64,000 nucleotides of DNA from Gammaproteobacteria bacterium (GTDB lineage Bacteria > Pseudomonadota > Gammaproteobacteria > Pseudomonadales > Pseudohongiellaceae): contig JABJIC010000021.1 of NCBI GenBank assembly GCA_018661465.1, positions 30,192 through 94,191 of the forward strand, read 5' to 3'. Under the pieces are notes generated by a model. It worked only from the letters and a program-made list of their open reading frames with translations, was not told the origin of the DNA and did no database searches. Below, piece after piece: positions 1-8,137 of the stretch (position 1 is the stretch's first letter; each line of letters starts with the position of its first letter). The translations under genes and the position numbers were made by a program.

Positions 1-1301
1 CCCTGACCCTGAACTAAAGTATCAGACCTGGCACCTCTTTGCAGAACAAATTCCTGATTGCCTTTATCAATTCCGGGGCCATCATCTTCGACAACTATGG
101 AAACCAATTCTCGTCCTTCGAGTTCCCCATTATTGCTAACTACCACCCTGACTCGAGATTTTCCGTACTTAAAAGCATTGTCCAGAACATTTCCCAGAAC
201 CTCCAACAAATCTCTTTCATCTCCATTGAAGATGGCAGCAGGGTCCAGGTTTTTCTCAACTTGAACAGATTTTTCCCGATAAACTTTTGCCAATGCATCC
301 AAAACTTTCTCTATAGTTTTCTCGATGCTTACCTGCCTGCTTAGAGTGCTCTTATTATCTGATTTAACCGCTCTCTGTAACTGATAGCTAACGATTTGAT
401 TCATTCTCTCCAATTGCTCATCAACTGACTTAAGCTCTGGAGATAAGGATTCCTGTTCGGTCGAATTTGTTGAATTGGAGGATAATTTATCAAGCACTCC
501 TGAAATGACGGCGAGCGGAGTCTTCAAGCTATGAGCCAAATCGCCAAGGGTTGTTCGATAACGATCTTGTTGTTGACGCTCTGATTCGATCAGCAAATTG
601 AGGTTATCTGTGACTCGCTGCAACTCTTTTGGGTAACCACCTTCCAGCTGATTCTTCTTGCCTGATTCAATTTCCTTTAGGTCCTTTGCCATGTAATGTA
701 GTGGAGACAACCCCCAGCGCATTAAGAACACCTGCATCAATAACAGCAGGATTGCGACACCGCCAAGCCATGCCCATAAGCTGGTTCGAAAATTACCAAT
801 CTCCGAATAATATGGAGCTGCATTCTCCATTACTGTGAAGCTATACTCACTTATTCCGTCCCATAAGATTCCATAGCTCAGCACAAAGAATTCCTGATTC
901 TGATCATCCAAGGTTTTCGAAAATACGGTTTCACCAACAGCTACAGCCTGTCTTAGTAACTCAGTGTCAGAAAACTCAAAAGCAGCTGCCGAGTCGCTTC
1001 GCCATAATTCGCCCAGACTGGCCTTACTAATAAATCCATAGAGACCTGAATTTAGCTGATTAAATAGAGGTTCTTGCAGGGTTTCATAAAAATAGAACTC
1101 GCCACCATCCTCGTCAGCTGCCGCCAGAAGAAGATAAATTTGAACTTGCATGCGATCTGATGCGCCCGCCTCTATGCTATTACTGAACGCTCTATCCAGT
1201 ACAACGCCGGTTAGGCCGAGAAAGACAAATAGGAGAATACTGAAAGAAATCAGTAAGCGATTTTGAATAGAATAATTGCTATTGGAAACTTGGGGCGACA
1301 T
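1..1301 (-). CDS. phoQ: Sensor histidine kinase, PhoQ-like (C-terminus runs off the window start)
   Basis: Absent from the ORF track because it is open at the window edge. My minus-strand translation from the ATG at 1301 reads MSPQVSNSNYSIQNRLLISFSILLFVFLGL... It has a second TM helix, an H-box LGDLAHSLKTPLAV (as in E. coli PhoQ HSLKTPLAV), an N-box LGNVLDNAFKYG and a G1 box VEDDGPGI. It starts 26 nt after the response-regulator stop. Confidence 0.8.
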   Translation of the reverse strand, partial: MSPQVSNSNYSIQNRLLISFSILLFVFLGLTGVVLDRAFSNSIEAGASDRMQVQIYLLLAAADEDGGEFYFYETLQEPLFNQLNSGLYGFISKASLGELWRSDSAAAFEFSDTELLRQAVAVGETVFSKTLDDQNQEFFVLSYGILWDGISEYSFTVMENAAPYYSEIGNFRTSLWAWLGGVAILLLLMQVFLMRWGLSPLHYMAKDLKEIESGKKNQLEGGYPKELQRVTDNLNLLIESERQQQDRYRTTLGDLAHSLKTPLAVISGVLDKLSSNSTNSTEQESLSPELKSVDEQLERMNQIVSYQLQRAVKSDNKSTLSRQVSIEKTIEKVLDALAKVYREKSVQVEKNLDPAAIFNGDERDLLEVLGNVLDNAFKYGKSRVRVVVSNNGELEGRELVSIVVEDDGPGIDKGNQEFVLQRGARSDTLVQGQ

Positions 1302-1327
1302 ATGCCGTCACCTCTCGTCTATTTTTA

Positions 1328-2005
1328 TCAGGATTCTTCGAGACAAAATCTATAACCCTGACCACGTACAGTTTCGATTGGCTTGAGAAGCTGATCAGGA
1401 TCGAGTTTTTGCCGAAGGCGACGAATGAATACTTCCAGAACATTGCTGTCGCGATCATAGTCCTGAGCATAGAGATGTTCAGTCAATTCTGTCTTCGAAA
1501 TTACCTGACCTGGATGCAGCATTAGGTATTCCAACAATTTGTATTCATAAGCTGTCAGATCTACATTTTCATCATGGACAGTCAATCTCTTGGCAGAGAT
1601 ATCGAGACTAAGCGGAGCAAAGTCCAGTTTAGGCTTGGCAAACCCAGCAGCTCTTCTAAGCAGTGCGTTAAGCCGAGCAACAATTTCTTCTAACTGAAAT
1701 GGCTTAACCACATAATCATCTGCGCCAGCATCAAGACCGGCTACCTTGTCCTGCCAATCCCCTCTCGCTGTGAGTATTAGAACTGGGAATTCCTTTCCTT
1801 CTGAGCGAACTTTCTGAATAAGAGAGATGCCATCAATTTCAGGCAAGCCCAAATCAATAATTGCTGCGTCGTATTCAAATTCTGTTGCGTAGTAAAGACC
1901 AGACCTTCCATCTTCTGCTCCATCAACTATATAACCGTGCTTTACCAGACCCTGTACCAATTGCTCTCGCAATAATTCTTCATCTTCGACTACAAGTAAT
2001 CGCAT
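1328..2005 (-). CDS. phoP: OmpR/PhoP-family response regulator
   Basis: 225 aa. The receiver domain reads MRLLVVEDEELLR...DLGLPEIDG...LTARGDWQDKVAGLDAGADDYVVKPF, and is near-colinear with E. coli PhoP as I recall it. A winged-helix C-terminus ends in VRGQGYRF. Confidence 0.85.
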   Translation of the reverse strand: MRLLVVEDEELLREQLVQGLVKHGYIVDGAEDGRSGLYYATEFEYDAAIIDLGLPEIDGISLIQKVRSEGKEFPVLILTARGDWQDKVAGLDAGADDYVVKPFQLEEIVARLNALLRRAAGFAKPKLDFAPLSLDISAKRLTVHDENVDLTAYEYKLLEYLMLHPGQVISKTELTEHLYAQDYDRDSNVLEVFIRRLRQKLDPDQLLKPIETVRGQGYRFCLEES

Positions 2006-2037
2006 AAAGACTCACCTTATAAAATGCGCAAATATGG

Positions 2038-2370
2038 CTAGCCGCCACTGCTTACTTGACCAGTAGTTGCATGAACGAATACCGTAAAAACCTTGCCTTC
2101 ATTTTCCATGCGTATTTGATAACGTTGATTAGCTCCCTCTCCTACCAGACTTATGCGCAGAATATTTCCAGCATATTGCTGCCTTGCCAGAGCAACTGCC
2201 CGTCGCTGGGTTACCGTTGTGAGTTGAGCGGGATTCGCCGGGGATTGCTGGACAGAATTGCGAAGATCACCTGGATTCAACTGTGCCGGAGGTAGCTGCT
2301 GTCCATAACCGGATTCGGCAATGAATAGCAGCATCAATGCTGCCGCAGTTACCCTCGTTGATTTATTCAA
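2038..2370 (-). CDS. Secreted PepSY-domain protein
   Basis: 110 aa with a signal peptide (MNKSTRVTAAALMLLFIAESGYG). The C-terminal PepSY-like pattern is YAGNILRISL...YQIRMENEGKVFTVFVHATTGQV. It lies directly upstream of phoP on the same strand. Confidence 0.7.
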   Translation of the reverse strand: MNKSTRVTAAALMLLFIAESGYGQQLPPAQLNPGDLRNSVQQSPANPAQLTTVTQRRAVALARQQYAGNILRISLVGEGANQRYQIRMENEGKVFTVFVHATTGQVSSGG

Positions 2371-2426
2371 AACTCACCTCGTTCGACCCTGGCATCAGCT
2401 AGCGAGCTGTTCAGCCTTCGTCTCAT

Positions 2427-2954
2427 TTACAATACTGCTTGTACATCCACTCTCAGCCTGATTTCTTCACCAGGATCTGAATCTGTTCTCACAGAGTGCT
2501 CTTCTCCATTGTAGAGATAAGTCACCTGATAGCCTACCAGACGCTCTTCTTCATGTTGTTGATAGACGGTCTCGCAGCGCTGAACGGTCTCATATTCACG
2601 AATATTCGCCTGATCATTCTGACGGATAATATCACGTCCGATTGAGTGCCCCAACATAGCGCCGAGAACTGCGCCAATTCGCTTATTAGACTTACCGTGC
2701 CCAACTGCATTACCGATAGCACCACCGACAATAGTGCTCACCAGCACAGGAGTATTAGAATCTCGACGGGAAGAATAGCGATCCACAGCCATTTCTTCTT
2801 CCCAGCATTGCTCCTGAGGCGCGGATATTTCCACAATCTCGTAAATGGGGCGTGATTCGACTACTTGAGCAGTTTCGAAGCTGGTTTCAGCCACTGAACC
2901 ACTAGATATTAGTCCCAAACTCAATCCGATTACGGCAATTAATTTCGTATTCAT
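2427..2954 (-). CDS. Secreted glycine-zipper (Rick_17kDa_Anti / 2TM glycine zipper) protein
   Basis: 175 aa with a signal peptide that has no lipobox Cys. The glycine-zipper segment is VGGAIGNAVGHGKSNKRIGAVLGAMLGHSIG. Confidence 0.65.
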   Translation of the reverse strand: MNTKLIAVIGLSLGLISSGSVAETSFETAQVVESRPIYEIVEISAPQEQCWEEEMAVDRYSSRRDSNTPVLVSTIVGGAIGNAVGHGKSNKRIGAVLGAMLGHSIGRDIIRQNDQANIREYETVQRCETVYQQHEEERLVGYQVTYLYNGEEHSVRTDSDPGEEIRLRVDVQAVL

Positions 2955-3203
2955 GTCTTTCTTCCTCTCTCAGCATTGTTATCGCGTATTGATCAAGAGT
3001 GCAGACTTGTTGATGAATTCACCCTTAGTGAGCGTAATTTAACAAGCTCAAGCTGAATTGAAGCTGAAGAAAACAAAGACTGTTTGCCAATAGATTCAGT
3101 ATCAACCCACGGTTTTCTTTGCGGGGACAGTAGTGTAGTTTCTATTTCTGGCGCTGGGTGTCCTGAGCACTACGCTACCCCAGCCATCAAAATAATTAGA
3201 AAA

Positions 3204-3641
3204 ATGAGTACAAACATGTTCAAAAAGCCTATTTCAATTGCCATTATTATCACCCTTTTACTATCAGCCCCGCTCTACATCTTGAGCCAACAAGAATTCG
3301 TGTTGACACTAAATTCTCTGCCATTGGTGCTGCTATCACTATTTATTGCCATCTTGCTTGCCACATCACTTGCCTCATCCGCAGCCAAATCTAATCTCTC
3401 AGGCAACTATGGAACTGAAGATGGATATGCTGACCATAGGGAAAGCGGTGAAGTAAAATGGTTTAACGCAAATAAAGGCTTCGGCTTCATTACCAGAGAC
3501 AGTGGCGAGGACATATTTGTTCACTTTCGTTCTATCAGGGGCGAAGGGCACCGAGTGTTGCGAGATGGCCAGAGAGTTGAATTTGAAGTAAGCGAAGGCG
3601 ATAAAGGTTTACAGGCTGACGACGTCGCTGCCGTGAGTTGA
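3204..3641 (+). CDS. Membrane-anchored cold-shock-domain protein
   Basis: The C-terminal 65 aa form a canonical CspA-type CSD ([38 protein letters not shown]). It is preceded by two hydrophobic helices ([18 protein letters not shown] and [19 protein letters not shown]). I use the ATG at 3204; the track ORF from 3084 starts at a TTG and adds a non-conserved extension. Confidence 0.75.
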   Translation: MSTNMFKKPISIAIIITLLLSAPLYILSQQEFVLTLNSLPLVLLSLFIAILLATSLASSAAKSNLSGNYGTEDGYADHRESGEVKWFNANKGFGFITRDSGEDIFVHFRSIRGEGHRVLRDGQRVEFEVSEGDKGLQADDVAAVS

Positions 3642-3710
3642 TGTCGCTAAAGTGAAGTGGGGTCGGATCACCGAATACCTCACGCGAATCTGCCTTTCTA
3701 TTAGTCGATA

Positions 3711-3923
3711 TCAATAATGAGGAGGCTTCTCGTGTTGCTGATCCTCACCGGGAGGTTTGGAGCCTTCTAATGCCATATCTTCAAGCTGCTCCTTGAAAAT
3801 TCTCATCTGACCAATGATTTCATCCAACTGCTTTTGCTGCCGGATGACACAATCATTTAGCTCATGCAGTAAGTCTTCCTGGAAACTAAATTTAGTTTCC
3901 AGCTCAGTAATTTTCTCTTCCAT
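3711..3923 (-). CDS. slyX: SlyX family protein
   Basis: 70 aa from the internal ATG at 3923: MEEKITELETKFSFQEDLLHELN... ending in KPPHY. This matches the SlyX coiled-coil and its characteristic PPHY C-terminus. Confidence 0.8.
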   Translation of the reverse strand: MEEKITELETKFSFQEDLLHELNDCVIRQQKQLDEIIGQMRIFKEQLEDMALEGSKPPGEDQQHEKPPHY

Positions 3924-4052
3924 TGCAACTCCCCTATCAAGTCTCAGCGACTCATTCGAAACTAGTTTCAATCGATTTGCGCTGCACTGTATTTGATTTA
4001 GACTCGTGATACAGTGATTCGTCTTCAGCTCAACGCGCAGGAATATTGAAAC

Positions 4053-5207
4053 ATGGAAAAAGCACCAATCAACTGGGTCAACATGTTGTTGTTCAGCATC
4101 ACACCTGCGTTAGCAGTCACCATGGTACCACTGTACGGCTATTTCTACGGCTTCGAAATGTATGATTGGATTGTATTTATTGCGCTTATGGCATTTTGCG
4201 GTATATCGATTACCGCAGGTTACCATCGTCTCTGGTCCCATAAAGCATATAGAGCTCACCCCTTGCTACGGATAATATTCGCTCTCGGTGGTGCCTGCGC
4301 ACTGCAAAACGATGTGCTGAATTGGGCTTCCCAACACCGGCGCCACCATCAGCATGTAGATGACAATCAGCGTGATCCGTATTCTGCCGGTCGAGGATTT
4401 TGGTTCTCTCATATTGGCTGGATACTGCGTAATTACGAAAGTGGAGCCATGGATTTCTCCAATGCTAAAGACCTCCAACGGGATCCGGTTGTGATGTGGC
4501 AACACAGAAATTATCTAACTCTGGTTCTGACAAGCAACATAGCTCTTCCTGCATTCCTTGGATATCTGGGTGGCGACATTATTGCCGGCCTGCTGCTCGG
4601 AGGATTGTTGCGCTTGGTGCTGAGCCAACACGTCACCTATCTAATCAATTCTGCAGCCCATGTGTGGGGAAGACAACCATACAGTGACGCCAGCTCTGCA
4701 CGTGACAATGGATTCCTGGCTTTAGTCACTTATGGTGAGGGTTACCATAATTATCACCATACCTTTCAGTGGGACTATCGCAATGGGATCAAATGGTGGC
4801 AGTTCGACCCAACGAAATGGATTATTAAGAGTCTTTCTTTTTTGGGCTTAACAACAGAGTTAAAACGATGCTCGTTTGCCCAGATCGAGAAAGCACGACT
4901 TGCAATGCAATACCGCTGCGCTGCAGAAAAATGTGAGCTACTGGATATTCCGGAAAGCTGGCAGCTGAAGCTGGAAAACGAATACGAGCAATTGCAGCAC
5001 ACTCTGCAGCTTTGGACGGAACGCAGACAAGTCTGGTATGAAGCCAAAGGTAAGCAGCTACAAGACAGACTTGACGACCTTGGCCAGCTAGAACTTTTAC
5101 AAATAAAAGATCATTACAAAGAAGTGCAATTTCAATTTAAAGCCCAGCGACGGCGTTGGAAGAAGCTAATCCGAAACCTCGCAACCTCGATGGCAGAACC
5201 GGCATAG
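4053..5207 (+). CDS. Membrane acyl-lipid/acyl-CoA delta-9 fatty acid desaturase
   Basis: Three histidine boxes are present: HRLWSH, HRRHHQH and HNYHHTF. There are N-terminal TM helices and a long C-terminal coiled-coil tail, as in Pseudomonas DesA-type enzymes. Confidence 0.85.
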   Translation: MEKAPINWVNMLLFSITPALAVTMVPLYGYFYGFEMYDWIVFIALMAFCGISITAGYHRLWSHKAYRAHPLLRIIFALGGACALQNDVLNWASQHRRHHQHVDDNQRDPYSAGRGFWFSHIGWILRNYESGAMDFSNAKDLQRDPVVMWQHRNYLTLVLTSNIALPAFLGYLGGDIIAGLLLGGLLRLVLSQHVTYLINSAAHVWGRQPYSDASSARDNGFLALVTYGEGYHNYHHTFQWDYRNGIKWWQFDPTKWIIKSLSFLGLTTELKRCSFAQIEKARLAMQYRCAAEKCELLDIPESWQLKLENEYEQLQHTLQLWTERRQVWYEAKGKQLQDRLDDLGQLELLQIKDHYKEVQFQFKAQRRRWKKLIRNLATSMAEPA

Positions 5208-5280
5208 AAATCACCTATCTTGTAGACGAATTCAATTTTCATACGTTATAGTCTCTATCAGTGAATAAAAAGGAATCCTG

Positions 5281-5790
5281 ATGATTATCAAATCTTTACC
5301 CAAAATATTGCTGGCGACCCTCGCCGCATGCTGTGTATCAAGCCTGTCCGCCTTGGAAGAAGGCGATATGCTGCCGGAATTTTCCATTCCCTCCATCTAC
5401 GCCGGCAAACCAGCCATTTCAAGTGAAAGCCTGAAGGGAAAGACTGTGTTAGTGGATTTTTGGGCTTCCTGGTGTGCTCCCTGCTTGACCTCTCTGCCGT
5501 TATATAATGAGCTCTATCATAAATATAAGGATCAAGATTTCGAGGTAGTGGCGATCACCGTAGACAATCCCATCGAGGATGGTCTCGATTTCCTATTGGA
5601 CACTCCTCTGGACTTCCTGATTCCCGTTGACCCTTTGGGAGAAATCTCTGAATTGTTTGAAGTCTATGGCATGCCAACTTCTTACTTAATCGACGCATCG
5701 GGCACTGTCCAACTCGTGCATATGGGATTCCGTAGTGGTGACATCGAAATCATCGAAGAAGCCGTTAAAAAAGCTCTCGCCGGAAGCTAA
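5281..5790 (+). CDS. TlpA-family periplasmic thiol:disulfide oxidoreductase
   Basis: 169 aa with a signal peptide. The thioredoxin-fold CxxC motif reads FWASWCAPC. Confidence 0.85.
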   Translation: MIIKSLPKILLATLAACCVSSLSALEEGDMLPEFSIPSIYAGKPAISSESLKGKTVLVDFWASWCAPCLTSLPLYNELYHKYKDQDFEVVAITVDNPIEDGLDFLLDTPLDFLIPVDPLGEISELFEVYGMPTSYLIDASGTVQLVHMGFRSGDIEIIEEAVKKALAGS

Positions 5791-5793
5791 ACA

Positions 5794-6012
5794 ATGAAGC
5801 CCATCACTGTATTTATCTTGGGAATCTTGATAATTCTATCGGTATCAGCTTGTACTGAGGTAAGAGCATGGGAGCGAGGCTATCTTGCACAGCCCGAGAT
5901 GGCCTGGAAACCAGACCCATTAGAAAGCGCACTCAATGATCATATATTCTTCAGCAAAGAAGCCTCGTCCGGCGGCAACAGCGCAGCCGGTGGAGGATGT
6001 GGCTGTAACTAA
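5794..6012 (+). CDS. DUF4266 lipoprotein
   Basis: 72 aa with lipobox LSVSAC. The family-typical C-terminus is SSGGNSAAGGGCGCN. It starts 3 nt after the tlpA-like stop. Confidence 0.75.
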   Translation: MKPITVFILGILIILSVSACTEVRAWERGYLAQPEMAWKPDPLESALNDHIFFSKEASSGGNSAAGGGCGCN

Positions 6013-6045
6013 TATGGCTGTAACTGAAATATAAGGGTACAGCCT

Positions 6046-7200
6046 ATGAAAGCCACGTCTAAGAGTCTTATTGCTCTATCCACCACCGCTCTGGCACTGC
6101 CTGGGATAGCTGGAGCCGATGCTCCGCCGACGGTGAAGACACTCTCCTATAAAATCTCCAGCTACAAAGAAGATGAGCTGTCACGGAAGGAAGCGCCGCT
6201 TGGCGACTTAGACCGCTACGACATCGATGTTCATCAATTTCAATTAGTATCGCCGCTAGGTCGAAACATGTCGCTGAGGGTTGACGCCAACTATGAATCT
6301 CTCAGTGGCGCTTCTCCCTGGTTCACCAGTGCCGGGCTGGACGGAAATCCGATTGTGAATCTCAGCGGTGCAAGTGGTATTCATGACCGACGATCAGAAT
6401 TAGCTATAGGCGGTAGTTACTATCTGCTTAATGGGAGCATTAGTGGAAATGTCGGCTATTCGGAAGAAAACGATTATCGAGCAATCTATGGCGGTTTTAA
6501 CGGCGAGAGACATTTCAACAATGAGCTAACTACGCTGGCATTGGGGTTTAGCTATTCCTCGGATGAAATATTTCCTACTGACGCAACACTATTTAATCGA
6601 GTAAGCGATGAATCAAAACACAGCAGTTCCGTGTTTTTCTCCATTAGCCAGGTCATTAATCAATTTTCCAGCTTCCAGTCAGCCCTGAGCATTACCGAGC
6701 AATCTGGTTTTCTTAGTGACCCCTATAAGCTTCGCGACTCCAGGCCTGACGATAAAACACAATTTGCACTTAGCAATTCCTACCGTCGCTTTTTGGTAGA
6801 AGCAGATGCGTCGCTGCACATCAACTATCGCTACTACCATGACGATTTCGGCATTAGTTCCCACACCGCTGACCTATCCTGGCATCAAAACCTTGGGCGC
6901 CGATTTCGAGCAATTCCGAGCATACGTTACTACAGTCAATCATCAGCTGATTTCTTTACAAATATAGATGATTTTCTTAAACCCTTGACGGAGTACCAAT
7001 CTAGCGATTATCGTTTGTCCGCCTTTGGAGCCATCAGCGGAGGCATTAGCTTTGTCGCCGACATGGGAAATTGGAAAGCGACATTAACTGCAGAACGATA
7101 TCTGGCAAATGAGGATTATTCTGTTCACTCCGTAAATCAATCGAGCACAGCACTGGTAAAATATACCCGGCTTTCCCTCGGAATCGATTTCACTTTTTAA
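6046..7200 (+). CDS. DUF3570 protein (predicted outer-membrane beta-barrel, candidate ApbE flavinylation substrate)
   Basis: 384 aa with a signal peptide ending AGADA and an alternating beta-strand pattern. The terminal GIDFTF is an OMP-like C-terminal Phe signature. Two SGAS motifs lie at aa 87-90 and 107-110. The TlpA/DUF4266/ApbE neighbourhood is the conserved one for this family. Confidence 0.7.
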   Translation: MKATSKSLIALSTTALALPGIAGADAPPTVKTLSYKISSYKEDELSRKEAPLGDLDRYDIDVHQFQLVSPLGRNMSLRVDANYESLSGASPWFTSAGLDGNPIVNLSGASGIHDRRSELAIGGSYYLLNGSISGNVGYSEENDYRAIYGGFNGERHFNNELTTLALGFSYSSDEIFPTDATLFNRVSDESKHSSSVFFSISQVINQFSSFQSALSITEQSGFLSDPYKLRDSRPDDKTQFALSNSYRRFLVEADASLHINYRYYHDDFGISSHTADLSWHQNLGRRFRAIPSIRYYSQSSADFFTNIDDFLKPLTEYQSSDYRLSAFGAISGGISFVADMGNWKATLTAERYLANEDYSVHSVNQSSTALVKYTRLSLGIDFTF

Positions 7201-7211
7201 AAAAAAGACAC

Positions 7212-8117
7212 ATGGATCCATCACTAAAACGCTACACATTCAAGGCTATGGGCAGTTACTGCGAAATTCAGGTCTACAGTGACTCTCGAATAGAAGCCAA
7301 ACAATTAATTCAGAGACTCGCCGGGGAAGTTACTCGCCTCGAGAAGAAATATTCCAGATTTGAGCCACAAAGCTTTCTGTCGGATATTAACGCCTCCCAC
7401 GGAAACAAACTGGGCATTAAGGTCGATTCCGAGACTCAAGCGTTGTTCAATCACGCCTTGAGCTGCTACGAGCAGAGTGAAGGCCTATTCGACATAACTG
7501 CGGGGATACTTCATTACATCTGGGATTTTCAACGTGGAATCGTTCCAACTCAGGGACAAATAGATGAGGTGCTTCCCCATATTGGCTACCACAAACTAGT
7601 TGCCAAAAAATCCCGACTGTTTCTGCCGAAAAATATGCAAATAGATCTCGGCGGTATTGTTAAAGAATATGCTGCTGATGCAACAGCAAAACTTGGCCGA
7701 GACTTAGGTATCACCCACGGCTTAATCAATCTAGGCGGCGACTTTGCTGCCATAGGTCCTCAGCCTGACGAAAAGCCATGGACCATTGGCGTGGCAAACC
7801 CTAAAGAAGATGCTTCTTTGATGGCAAAGATCGATATTACTCGAGGAGGACTTGCCTCAAGCGGCGATTACGAAAGGTTTTTCGAGCATGAGGGCAAGCG
7901 ATACAGTCACATCCTCAATCCTAAAACAGGCTGGCCCAGTTCAGGTCTTCGCGCAGTAAGTGTTGCCTCTCCCCTTTGCGCTATTTCCGGATCTTTTGCC
8001 ACAATTGCCATGTTAAAAGATGAAGAAGATGGTAAAAAATTCCTTGAGGAGTCAAATCTTTCACATGTGTATATGGACAGCTCTGAAGAAATCGGCGGTG
8101 TAGGTCTTAAAGTATAA
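7212..8117 (+). CDS. apbE: FAD:protein FMN transferase (ApbE family)
   Basis: 301 aa. ApbE-type motifs are FKAMGSYCEI, DLGGIVKEYA, NLGGDFAAIG and SSGDYERFFEHEGKRYSHILNPKTGWP. There is no N-terminal signal or lipobox, and no in-frame start lies upstream (stop at 7110-7112). Confidence 0.85.
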   Translation: MDPSLKRYTFKAMGSYCEIQVYSDSRIEAKQLIQRLAGEVTRLEKKYSRFEPQSFLSDINASHGNKLGIKVDSETQALFNHALSCYEQSEGLFDITAGILHYIWDFQRGIVPTQGQIDEVLPHIGYHKLVAKKSRLFLPKNMQIDLGGIVKEYAADATAKLGRDLGITHGLINLGGDFAAIGPQPDEKPWTIGVANPKEDASLMAKIDITRGGLASSGDYERFFEHEGKRYSHILNPKTGWPSSGLRAVSVASPLCAISGSFATIAMLKDEEDGKKFLEESNLSHVYMDSSEEIGGVGLKV

Positions 8118-8137
8118 AGTACTCTAATGAACTGCAG

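Noticed and set aside
3084-3203. N-terminal extensions suggested by the ORF track here and at 3924-3971, 23437-23508, 33441-33452, 39221-39307 and 49446-49493
   Set aside because: These extensions mostly begin at TTG or GTG codons, or at upstream ATGs. They add non-conserved residues ahead of a clear signal peptide, lipobox or conserved family N-terminus. In each case I chose an internal ATG with better context.
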